Shown piece after piece: positions 20,816-28,885 of a DNA stretch of 64,000 bases. Position 1 is the stretch's first letter, and every line of letters starts with the position of its first letter. Position numbers and translations under genes: made by a program. Origin of the DNA: an uncultured Bacilli bacterium (GTDB lineage: Bacteria > Bacillota_I > Bacilli_A > RF39 > UBA660); contig CANRBQ010000002.1 of NCBI GenBank assembly GCA_947628905.1, positions 625-64,624 on the forward strand, read 5' to 3'. Below the pieces are notes generated by a model. It had not been told where the DNA came from. It was given only the letters and a program-made list of their open reading frames with translations, and did not search any database.

Positions 20816-23800
20816 ATGAATTTTTTAAATAATTATTTTAAATATGATAATGATTTAACTATCACTGGTTTAACTAATCCCTTAGCCTATCTATATATTA
20901 CAAGTTTATTTAAAACTAAAAATAGAAATATTATTGTTTTAACATCAACTTTATATGAAGCTAATGAGTTTTATCGTGGTCTAAAAAATATTGAAGATAA
21001 TACTTATTTATTTCCTATGGATGATTTCTTAGCCAGTGTTGCTTTAGCTATATCTCCCGAACTAAAAGTAAATCGTATTGATACCTTAAATTCTCTTAAA
21101 AATAATAAAGGTATTATAATAACTAATCTAATGGGTTATTTAAAATTTTTAACAGATGCGAAAATCCAAAATAAATTAAATATTAAACTCGAAAAAAATA
21201 TGAATATTAATCGTGATAAATTAATAGAAATATTAAATGAACTAGATTATAAAAGAGAAACAATTGTAACAACTACTGGAGAATATGCTGTAAGAGGTTT
21301 TGTTATTGATATATTTGTAACTTTAAGTGATCATCCTATAAGAATTGAATTTTTTGGTAATACTATTGAATCAATTAGAACATTTGATGAAACTACTCAA
21401 ATATCTATTGAAGAAATATCTAGTATTAATTTAATTTCTAATGGTGAAATAAAAACTGAACATAAATCTAATTTATATGATTACTCTAATAATGCTATTG
21501 TAGTTACTATAGATAAAACTAGAATTAAAGCTAGTTACGAAAAATTAGTTCAAGAAATGTTTGATTATAAAGTAGCGAAAAATTTACCTCAAGATACTAA
21601 ATTTATGTTTGAATTAAATGAAATAAATCCTGAATATAATATTTATCTTCATTTGTTAGATAATAAAACTACTGCTAAAAATGCCTTGCATTTCACTAGT
21701 AAAGATTTAACTAACTTTAATTCTGATTTTACGAGACTAAAAGAAGCAACTAAAGTTTGGTACTCTAAAGGTTATGAAATAATATTTTGTTTAACTAAAC
21801 CTAATCAAGTAAAAATAATTAAATCAGAAATTGAAGTCCCCTTCTCGGTCATTAATATTCCTTTAACTAAAGGTTTTATCTTTGAAAAATATGTTGTAAT
21901 AACAGAATATGATATAGAAAATATTTCTAAAACAGAAATAAAATATAAAAACTCATATAAAATAGGTCGTAAAATTAAAGATTTAAATGCTTTAAATACG
22001 GGAGATTATGTTGTCCATATGGCTCATGGTATAGGTATTTATAATGGTATAAAAACATTAACTAAAAATGGTTTAGAAAAAGATTATTTAGAAATACTTT
22101 ATGAAGGAAATGATAAAGTATATGTTCCTGTTGAAAAAATAAATACCATTTTAAAATATGCTAGTAAAGATGGCTTAAAACCTAAAATAAATAAACTAAA
22201 TTCTACTTCATGGGCTAAAACCAAACGTAGTGTTGAAAAACGTATTAAAGATATATCAGAGGAATTATTAAAACTTTATGCCGCCAGACGTGCTTTTAAA
22301 GGTGAAAAATATGAATCATATGTAATGGAAGATGAGTTTGCAAATTCATTTGAATACACTCCAACTCATGATCAAGAAAGAGCAATAAAAGAAATAGATA
22401 TGGATTTAAAAAGTCCTGTTCCTATGGATAGATTACTATGTGGAGATGTTGGTTTTGGTAAAACAGAAGTAGCATTTAGAGCTATATTTAAAACTGTTTT
22501 AAATAATAAACAAGTTTTATATTTATGTCCTACAACAATATTATCTCGTCAACAATATAATTCTGCTCTAAATAGATTTAAAGATTACCCATTAAATATA
22601 GCCCTTTTAAACCGTTTTACAACTCCAAAAGAAACTAAAAAAATAATTGAAGACTTAAGTACTGGTAAAATAGATATTATCTTTGGTACTCATAGACTTC
22701 TAAGTGATGATATTAAATTCCAAAAATTAGGATTATTAATTGTCGATGAAGAACAACGTTTTGGTGTAACCCATAAAGAAAAAATAAAAAAATTAAAAAC
22801 AGATGTTAATGTCCTAACATTATCTGCAACTCCAATTCCTCGAACATTAAAAATGGCTATGTCTGGACTTCGTGATTTATCTGTAATTGATACTGCTCCA
22901 GTAAATAGATACCCTATTCAAACCTATGTTTTAGAAACAGAAGATTTAATTATTAAAGATGCTATTTATAAAGAATTATCTCGAAATGGTCAAATATTTA
23001 TACTTTATAATAACATCGAAGGATTAAGTAGCTTAATTAATAAATTAAATTTATTAGTTCCTGAAGCTAGAATTATTTCTGCTCATGGTCGTATGACAAA
23101 ACAAGAATTAGAGAATATCATGCAAGATTTTATTGATTATAAATATGATATTTTAGTTTGTACAACTATTATTGAAACTGGAATAGATATTCCTAATGCT
23201 AATACTTTAATTATATATAATGCTGATCACTTTGGTCTTTCTCAATTATACCAAATACGTGGAAGAGTTGGTAGGTCTAATAAGATTGCTTATGCTTATT
23301 TACTCTATGATAAAAGTAAAATTTTAAATGAAACTGCCATTAAAAGACTTGAAGCAATTAAAGAATTTACCGAACTTGGAAGTGGTTATCGTATTGCCAT
23401 GCGTGATTTAGCTATTCGTGGTGCCGGAGATATTTTAGGTAGTGAACAAGCTGGTTTTGTTGATTCTGTGGGAATTAATCTATATATGCAAATGATTGAA
23501 GAAGAAATGAAACGTTTAAAAGGAGAAGAAGTAAAAGAAGATGTCTCACCAACATCCTTAATTGATGTAGCAACCCATATTAGTGATGACTATGTTAAAG
23601 ATGATGAAATTAAAATAGAAATTCATAATAAAATAAATGAAGTAGATTCTAAAGAATCTTTAGAACGAATAAAAAATGAATTAGAAGATCGCTTTGGTAA
23701 AGTATCAGAAGAATTAATAATTTATATGTATGAAGAATGGTTTGAAAAACTTGCTAATGCTTTAAATATTACTCATGTCACTCAAACAAAAAGCTTTATT

Positions 23801-24004
23801 GAACTAGACTTACCAGAAGAAATATCATCTAATATTAAAGCAGATAAACTATTTCTAGAAAGTTATAATATTAATCCTAACTTTAAATTTAAATATCAAA
23901 ATAAACGTATTAAAATATCTTTAATGCTAAAAAAAGATGATAAACACTTCTTATACTACTTTGTTCCTTTATTAGAATTAATTAAAGGAGAACATACAAC
24001 TTAA
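20816..24004 (+). CDS. mfd: transcription-repair coupling factor
   Basis: 1062 aa with UvrB-homology, CarD/RID, DEAD-box helicase (GDVGFGKTE, DEEQRFG) and TRCF domains. Confidence 0.97.
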   Translation: MNFLNNYFKYDNDLTITGLTNPLAYLYITSLFKTKNRNIIVLTSTLYEANEFYRGLKNIEDNTYLFPMDDFLASVALAISPELKVNRIDTLNSLKNNKGIIITNLMGYLKFLTDAKIQNKLNIKLEKNMNINRDKLIEILNELDYKRETIVTTTGEYAVRGFVIDIFVTLSDHPIRIEFFGNTIESIRTFDETTQISIEEISSINLISNGEIKTEHKSNLYDYSNNAIVVTIDKTRIKASYEKLVQEMFDYKVAKNLPQDTKFMFELNEINPEYNIYLHLLDNKTTAKNALHFTSKDLTNFNSDFTRLKEATKVWYSKGYEIIFCLTKPNQVKIIKSEIEVPFSVINIPLTKGFIFEKYVVITEYDIENISKTEIKYKNSYKIGRKIKDLNALNTGDYVVHMAHGIGIYNGIKTLTKNGLEKDYLEILYEGNDKVYVPVEKINTILKYASKDGLKPKINKLNSTSWAKTKRSVEKRIKDISEELLKLYAARRAFKGEKYESYVMEDEFANSFEYTPTHDQERAIKEIDMDLKSPVPMDRLLCGDVGFGKTEVAFRAIFKTVLNNKQVLYLCPTTILSRQQYNSALNRFKDYPLNIALLNRFTTPKETKKIIEDLSTGKIDIIFGTHRLLSDDIKFQKLGLLIVDEEQRFGVTHKEKIKKLKTDVNVLTLSATPIPRTLKMAMSGLRDLSVIDTAPVNRYPIQTYVLETEDLIIKDAIYKELSRNGQIFILYNNIEGLSSLINKLNLLVPEARIISAHGRMTKQELENIMQDFIDYKYDILVCTTIIETGIDIPNANTLIIYNADHFGLSQLYQIRGRVGRSNKIAYAYLLYDKSKILNETAIKRLEAIKEFTELGSGYRIAMRDLAIRGAGDILGSEQAGFVDSVGINLYMQMIEEEMKRLKGEEVKEDVSPTSLIDVATHISDDYVKDDEIKIEIHNKINEVDSKESLERIKNELEDRFGKVSEELIIYMYEEWFEKLANALNITHVTQTKSFIELDLPEEISSNIKADKLFLESYNINPNFKFKYQNKRIKISLMLKKDDKHFLYYFVPLLELIKGEHTT

Positions 24005-24046
24005 AATATATTTACAAAATAAAAAATAAATGTTAAAATTTAAAAT

Positions 24047-24146
24047 GTAGAACATTTAAGAACAAATGCCTACAAAAAAACTATTTTCTATGGACATTTA
24101 TCTTTATATCAATACTGATTAAGATAAGTGTCATTTTTATTGCTTT
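24047..24146 (+). ncRNA. candidate antisense sRNA (module A)
   Basis: Promoter TTTACA(24011-16), 17 nt, TAAAAT(24034-39) with upstream TG. Terminator stem GACATTTATCTT (24093-104) / AAGATAAGTGTC (24121-132) followed by ATTTTTATT. Confidence 0.5.
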
Positions 24147-24182
24147 AAACAATATTATCACGAATAAAATTGCTTTTATCAT
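24081..24182 (-). CDS. candidate 33-aa hydrophobic/basic peptide (type I toxin-like)
   Basis: AGGAGGT, 8 nt, ATG. Hand translation: MIKAILFVIILFKAIKMTLILISIDIKINVHRK. Coding status unproven. Confidence 0.35.
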   Translation of the reverse strand: MIKAILFVIILFKAIKMTLILISIDIKINVHRK

Positions 24183-24317
24183 GACCTAGTACCTCCTATT
24201 CATAAACCCCATTAACAGTAAGGAAGAACAAATGAAAAGGAAAAATACAAGGTAGGCACTCGTCTTAAATGTTCAATTCTATTCTAAAACTAAAACAAGA
24301 ATTTGTCAAAAAAAGCG

Positions 24318-24334
24318 TTCGACAAAATTCGACA
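24318..24334. repeat. direct repeat TTCGACA-N3-TTCGACA, inside a 25-nt block identical to 63077-63101
   Basis: AAAAAGCGTTCGACAAAATTCGACA is identical in both modules, while the adjacent promoters differ. Confidence 0.6.
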
Positions 24335-24340
24335 ACTCCC

Positions 24341-24793
24341 CTATTTTAAATACTTAGGACTATCTACTCTTCCTAATAAGTAATCAGCACTAATTTTATA
24401 TTTCTTACATATGTCATATAAAAATGAAGTTGATATCAAATATATTCCTTTTTCATAATTAGATAAAAGAGATCTATTAGTGTGCAGATATTCTGCAAGT
24501 TTTTGTTGTGTAATATTATTTTCTTTTCTAAAATTCTTAATTCTCAATCCTACATTAATTTTATCTATGCTAGTATTAAATTTACTACCAGTACTATCAT
24601 TAAAACCAAATAAATAATCAATAGAAACATCAAAATAATTTGCTAAAGAAATTAGATGTTTAACGGGAATAGTTTGTGTTTCCTTTTCATATCTTCCATA
24701 CAAACTTTTATCAATTTGCAAATATTTTGCTAGTTCTACTTGGGATATTCCTATCCTTTCACGTAAAAGTTGCAACTGAATACCATAATTCAT
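24341..24793 (-). CDS. XRE-family transcriptional regulator with two HTH domains
   Basis: Two Cro/C1-type HTH units (ISQVELAKYLQIDKSLYGRYE and ITQQKLAEYLHTNRSLLSNYE). Start moved to ATG 24793, after GGTGG. Confidence 0.85.
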   Translation of the reverse strand: MNYGIQLQLLRERIGISQVELAKYLQIDKSLYGRYEKETQTIPVKHLISLANYFDVSIDYLFGFNDSTGSKFNTSIDKINVGLRIKNFRKENNITQQKLAEYLHTNRSLLSNYEKGIYLISTSFLYDICKKYKISADYLLGRVDSPKYLK

Positions 24794-24869
24794 AATTATT
24801 ACCACCGCATACATTTTCTCATTAAAAGAAATTAAATAGTTATAAAGTGGACAAATGCCAACATTTTTC

Positions 24870-24898
24870 TTGACAATTTACACTTGCTAGATTATAAT
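24870..24898 (+). promoter_or_regulatory. sigma-A-type promoter of surface-protein paralog 1
   Basis: TTGACA, 17 nt, TATAAT. Confidence 0.65.
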
Positions 24899-24909
24899 TT
24901 TAGTATAAG

Positions 24910-24923
24910 TTAGAAATTTCTAA
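24910..24923. promoter_or_regulatory. perfect 14-bp palindrome TTAGAAATTTCTAA (operator candidate)
   Basis: Lies just downstream of the -10. An identical copy is at 63470-63483. Confidence 0.5.
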
Positions 24924-24960
24924 TATAATTGAGTAAATCAATTAGAAAGAAGAGAAAGGT

Positions 24961-26274
24961 ATGAGGATAGAGAAGTTAAGTAAAGGAAGAAAAAAGAAAG
25001 TAATATTAGCTATAACAATATTAGTATTGTTAATAGGAATAGTATATATAACAAATAGTAAAGCTAAATATCATGTAACAAGTAATATACAAATAGTTAA
25101 AGGTAAAGTAAGTTATAGTCCATATGATTTTCAAATTATGGCAATGTATAAAGAAGAAGATGGAGAAGATATAAAAATAGAAGAAATGCCTGATTATAGA
25201 TATGCAATAGATGAAGAAAGAAGCTATTGCATGAGAGGAGATTCAAAAATAACAGGAGTATTAAAAACCATAAATGGATATCATACAATATCTAAATTGC
25301 ATACTAATGATAAATGTTATCTATATTTTGAAAATAATTCTTGTGGAAGTGCCTGTCAAAAAATACTTAATAATAAAACGATTCTTACTAGGACAGATTT
25401 TAATACTATTTTTGAAGGTTCTACAACTAATAAAATATATCAAAGCACAGATGATGATGGAAATACATATTATTTCGCCGGCTCCCCAACAGATAATTTT
25501 CTAAAATTTGCTGGATTTTACTGGAGAATTATCCGAATAAATGGCAATGGTTCCATTCGTATAATATATGATGGTACATCTATTCATAATAATAATAATA
25601 GTGCTGCAGATAGAGAGATTTTTACAAGTGCATTTAATGCCAGTGAAAATGATAATATGTACGTTGGATATATGTACAAAGCAAATGAAGTTCACGGACT
25701 TTCAGTTTCTAGCAAAATAAAAACAGATTTGGATTCATGGTATAACAGTAAATTATCATCATATTTAGATATGTTTGAAATTAATGCTGGCTTTTGTAAT
25801 GATAGAAAAAATTCAACAAATCCTTCAACACCATGGGGAAGCGAAACAGATGATGGAGGTACAGGAACAACAGATACATATTATGGAGAGTACCTTCGTA
25901 ATAATAAACAACAGCCTACTTTTAAATGTGCAGACGAAAGAGACCTGTTTACAACAAAGGACTCACAAATTGGTAATAATGCATTAACCTACCCTATAGG
26001 CTTAATAACCATGGATGAAGTAGTATATGCAGGCGGCTTTGCTAATAATACTAATAGTTTTTATTTACGCACCGGTAAAGATTTTTGGACAATGACTCCT
26101 AAATCATTTAATAATACTAATAAAATTGCCTATGTTAGTATAGTTTCTGCAGATGGAGGAATAAGAGGATATGTAGAAACAAAATATCCACGAGGAGTAC
26201 GCCCTGTTTTAAATTTAAAATCTAATATCAATTTAACTGGAACAGGCACAGTAAGTGATCCATATTCAGCATAA
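24961..26274 (+). CDS. secreted/surface protein, paralog 1 of a three-member family
   Basis: N-terminal signal-anchor (KKKVILAITILVLLIGIVYI). Shared family motifs: SYCMRG, KCYLYF, YWRIIRINGNGSIRIIY, YVGYMY, GFCNDR, PTFKC, GNNALTYPIGLITMDEVVYAGGF, FWTMTP, GVRPVLNLK. Confidence 0.8.
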   Translation: MRIEKLSKGRKKKVILAITILVLLIGIVYITNSKAKYHVTSNIQIVKGKVSYSPYDFQIMAMYKEEDGEDIKIEEMPDYRYAIDEERSYCMRGDSKITGVLKTINGYHTISKLHTNDKCYLYFENNSCGSACQKILNNKTILTRTDFNTIFEGSTTNKIYQSTDDDGNTYYFAGSPTDNFLKFAGFYWRIIRINGNGSIRIIYDGTSIHNNNNSAADREIFTSAFNASENDNMYVGYMYKANEVHGLSVSSKIKTDLDSWYNSKLSSYLDMFEINAGFCNDRKNSTNPSTPWGSETDDGGTGTTDTYYGEYLRNNKQQPTFKCADERDLFTTKDSQIGNNALTYPIGLITMDEVVYAGGFANNTNSFYLRTGKDFWTMTPKSFNNTNKIAYVSIVSADGGIRGYVETKYPRGVRPVLNLKSNINLTGTGTVSDPYSA

Positions 26275-26336
26275 ATAATTAAAATTCTTGCCTAAGTTGC
26301 TCTAACTTTTTATTCTTGGGCAAGATTAAATTCCAT

Positions 26337-26361
26337 GCGAAGGAACTCTCTTCGCTTTTTT
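26337..26361 (+). terminator. rho-independent terminator after paralog 1
   Basis: GCGAAG / CTTCGC stem followed by TTTTTT. Confidence 0.65.
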
Positions 26362-26411
26362 ACTTTAAAAAATTCTTTTTTTCTGTTATTATATATATCG
26401 AGGTGAAAACT

Positions 26412-27011
26412 ATGCCTAAACTTTTAACTATCAACCAAAAAGAAATCCCCACTATTAATACTACCATCTTATATACTAGTAATTTTAATTATATTAAAGA
26501 TGCTCAAGAATACATAGTAAATGATTGTACTGTAATAACCAAAGATACTTTAAAAGATTTAACTTTATCTCCTACTCTTTTTAAAAAATTTAACTGTGAG
26601 TATCTAATAAATAAAGAAGATTTAACTTTAATAGATAAAATTAAAATAAATATTTTAAATAGCCTAGAAAGTTCTAATAAAATATATGTATTTTTTAATG
26701 TTTTAACTTATTTAGATTATGAATTTAAAACAAATATAATTAATTATTTAAAAGAAAATAATAAACAAATAATAAATTATACGACTGATATAGAAGAAAC
26801 CCTATTATTAGAATATTTAATGGTAATTCAAAATAACAATATAATCATGGAAGGCTTAAAAGAAGATATCTTAAAAGAAGAAAAAATCCTCCAAAAATTA
26901 GGTTTTAATCTTCCATTTATTGTCGAACTATCTTTAGGTTTAAAATATTATAATCTTGTAGATAATTTATATTTTAATAATGAAAGTTTGGTGAATAGTC
27001 TATGGAAATAA
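26412..27011 (+). CDS. degenerate EcfA-like ABC ATPase homologue (no Walker A/B)
   Basis: The C-terminus GFNLPFIVELSLGLKYY...LVNSLW resembles the EcfA1 tail GLDLPFSFQLSQLL...LVKELW (from memory). The Walker B position reads VFFNVLT. Start moved to ATG 26412, after the GAGGTGA RBS; the tracked N-terminus covers a terminator. Confidence 0.6.
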   Translation: MPKLLTINQKEIPTINTTILYTSNFNYIKDAQEYIVNDCTVITKDTLKDLTLSPTLFKKFNCEYLINKEDLTLIDKIKINILNSLESSNKIYVFFNVLTYLDYEFKTNIINYLKENNKQIINYTTDIEETLLLEYLMVIQNNNIIMEGLKEDILKEEKILQKLGFNLPFIVELSLGLKYYNLVDNLYFNNESLVNSLWK

Positions 27012-27625
27012 TGACAATTCTTGAAAATAAAAATATGGGAGTTATCTATGGTTTATTAGGAAATCTTACTTTAACTACTAATTCTAATGATATTTCTCTT
27101 GTATCATATTACAAATTTAAAGATACTGTTGAATCTTATCTTGAAAGTGATAAAGCTCTTAAATCTCTTAAAATGGTATTTTTAGATGCTACATATTTAT
27201 CTAAAACTATAAAAGATTTATCTGAATCAGAAATAAAAAAGATTAACTTAGCTAAAGCTTTAATTGCCAATAAAGAAATTATTGTTTTAGATTTTTTTGA
27301 TAAAGGTTTAACAAATAAAGAACAAAAAGATTATCAAAGATTATTTAAAAAATTAGCAGAAAATTACCATAAAACAATAGTTATATATACTAATGATGTA
27401 ACTTTCTTTTGGAATATCGCAACTGAAATAATTTATGTTGATAACCAAAAAGTTATAAACACTTATTCTAAAAATGAAGATATTCCCAATATAAATCCTC
27501 CTATTAAAGAACTTATTAATTTAATGCGCTCTAAAAATTTAAAAATAGATAATTATAAAGATACTAAAGATTTATTAAAAGCTATTTATCGCTTAAAGGA
27601 GAATGAAAATGAAATATCTAATTAG
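27002..27625 (+). CDS. degenerate EcfA-like ABC ATPase homologue
   Basis: ABC signature and Walker B region recognisable but altered: LSESEIKKINLAKALIANKEIIVLDFFDKGL (LSGGQ to LSESE, DEP to DFF), H-loop TN, Walker A position GLLGNLTLT without Lys. Confidence 0.65.
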   Translation: MEIMTILENKNMGVIYGLLGNLTLTTNSNDISLVSYYKFKDTVESYLESDKALKSLKMVFLDATYLSKTIKDLSESEIKKINLAKALIANKEIIVLDFFDKGLTNKEQKDYQRLFKKLAENYHKTIVIYTNDVTFFWNIATEIIYVDNQKVINTYSKNEDIPNINPPIKELINLMRSKNLKIDNYKDTKDLLKAIYRLKENENEISN

Positions 27626-28337
27626 TATTTCTTATGATGGCTCTAAATTTTATGGTTTTCAAAGATTAAAAGACTATAATACAGTCCAAAAAAAATTAGA
27701 AGAAGCATTAAGTATTATTAATAAAAAAGAAGTAGTAATAAAAGGTGCTGGACGTACTGATCGTGGTGTTCATGCTTATGACCAAAAAGCCAGCTTTGAT
27801 TTAGATATTAATATTGCTCCTCCTAATATTATCCAAGCTTTAAATAGTTTAGTTATGCCCTATATTTATATCACGGATGCTAAAATAGTAGCTAAAGACT
27901 TTCATGCTAGATTTAATACTTTAAAAAAAGAATATATATATAAAATAAATTTAGGAAAATATAGTCCATTTTTAGAAGATTATACCTATCAACCTAATTA
28001 TAAACTAAATATTAAAGATATGCAAAAATGTGCTAAATTATTTTTAGGTATTCATAATTTTGAAAATTTTGTCTCTGGCTCTCGTAATAACTATGAATGT
28101 ATCATATATGATATTGACTTTAAAAAGAAAAATGATATACTAGAAATTAAATTTACAGGAAAAAGTTTTTACCGTTATATGGTAAGAAATTTAGTGGGAG
28201 CAATGCTTGATGTGAGTAATAAAAAAGCAACTTTAGAAGAAATTAAAGAAGCCTTGGATAATCCGGAAAAGAAAAAACAATTTAAAACTGCTCCCCCTCA
28301 AGGCTTATACCTAAATAAAATATATTATAAGGAGTAA
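27609..28337 (+). CDS. truA: tRNA pseudouridine(38-40) synthase
   Basis: ISYDGSKFYGFQR and catalytic GAGRTDRGVHA. AGGAG lies 8 nt before ATG 27609. Confidence 0.95.
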   Translation: MKYLISISYDGSKFYGFQRLKDYNTVQKKLEEALSIINKKEVVIKGAGRTDRGVHAYDQKASFDLDINIAPPNIIQALNSLVMPYIYITDAKIVAKDFHARFNTLKKEYIYKINLGKYSPFLEDYTYQPNYKLNIKDMQKCAKLFLGIHNFENFVSGSRNNYECIIYDIDFKKKNDILEIKFTGKSFYRYMVRNLVGAMLDVSNKKATLEEIKEALDNPEKKKQFKTAPPQGLYLNKIYYKE

Positions 28338-28340
28338 CAT

Positions 28341-28748
28341 ATGGCAAAAAAAATCGCAAGAAAACCAAGAAAACCAACTATAAGAGATATGCTTATTCTA
28401 TCAAAAAATCCAGATGAAGCTATCAGAACATTTGAAAATAGATATTATTATCTTGCTTACACTTTAAGATATACTAAAAATATCGCAGGTAAAAACTGTT
28501 CTCGAAAAATTAAAGAAGCTCTAGAAAGTTTAATAAAAATAATAATTGAAGATAAAACTAAAGATGTTGATCAAAGTATGATTTATAATATTCTTTTATT
28601 TACCAAACTTTATTTAAAAGAAGGAATTTATGTAAATAATCCTGAACAAGAATTATCTTATAAAGAAATAAATAATTTATTAACAAATATAAAAGAAAAA
28701 TCTTTAAATCATGAAGATTTACCTCTTAAAACTTTAAAATTAATGTAA
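28341..28748 (+). CDS. hypothetical protein (basic N-terminus)
   Basis: 135-aa ORF inserted between truA and rplM. No motif recognised. Confidence 0.5.
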   Translation: MAKKIARKPRKPTIRDMLILSKNPDEAIRTFENRYYYLAYTLRYTKNIAGKNCSRKIKEALESLIKIIIEDKTKDVDQSMIYNILLFTKLYLKEGIYVNNPEQELSYKEINNLLTNIKEKSLNHEDLPLKTLKLM

Positions 28749-28774
28749 AAAAATAAACTTTTTGCAATTTTTAT

Positions 28775-28803
28775 TTGACAAAACCATATATTTTACATAT
28801 AAT
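28775..28803 (+). promoter_or_regulatory. rplM-rpsI promoter
   Basis: TTGACA, 17 nt, TATAAT (both consensus). Confidence 0.75.
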
Positions 28804-28809
28804 TTTAAC

Positions 28810-28885
28810 TGGTACATTTTATTTGTCGGCGTTACCTAGCTGTGGGAAGGCAAAAGTAACTAAGACGAGTGAAAGGAAAATAGAT
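28810..28885 (+). ncRNA. possible ribosomal-protein L13 leader
   Basis: A roughly 75-nt, relatively GC-rich 5' UTR (GTCGGCGTTACCTAGCTGTGGGAAGGC) between the promoter and rplM. Firmicute rplM operons are known to carry an autoregulatory leader. Identity not verified. Confidence 0.35.

Larger units (their letters stand above)
24035..24274 (-). ncRNA. candidate small-ORF mRNA / structured RNA with 5'-3' fold-back (module A)
   Basis: Minus-strand promoter TTGACA(24309-04), 17 nt, TAGAAT(24286-81). The first 23 nt GAACAUUUAAGACGAGUGCCUAC are complementary to the 3' segment (complement of 24047-24073). Confidence 0.5.

Noticed and set aside
24047-24280. Inverted repeats (GTAGAACATTTAAG..AAATGCCTAC versus GTAGGCAC..CTTAAATGTTC) flanking ~180 bp, which could be read as an invertible promoter switch for phase variation of the adjacent surface-protein gene.
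   Set aside because: No recombinase gene is nearby. The repeats are imperfect, with an internal mismatch loop. Each repeat begins exactly at the predicted +1 of a good sigma-A promoter, which fits RNA fold-back pairing better than a DNA inversion site. Read-level evidence of inversion would reopen this.
24850-24863. GGACAAATGCCAAC in the XRE/surface-protein divergent spacer resembles the AACAAATGCCTAC core of the module A antisense RNA, hinting at trans regulation of the XRE mRNA.
   Set aside because: It is only a 9-11 nt match in AT-rich DNA, and no equivalent match exists at the module B locus. It is probably chance.
28775-28885. N-terminal 37 codons of the tracked rplM ORF.
   Set aside because: The region contains a consensus TTGACA-17-TATAAT promoter and a leader. 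L13 homology starts at ATG 28886, which has its own RBS.
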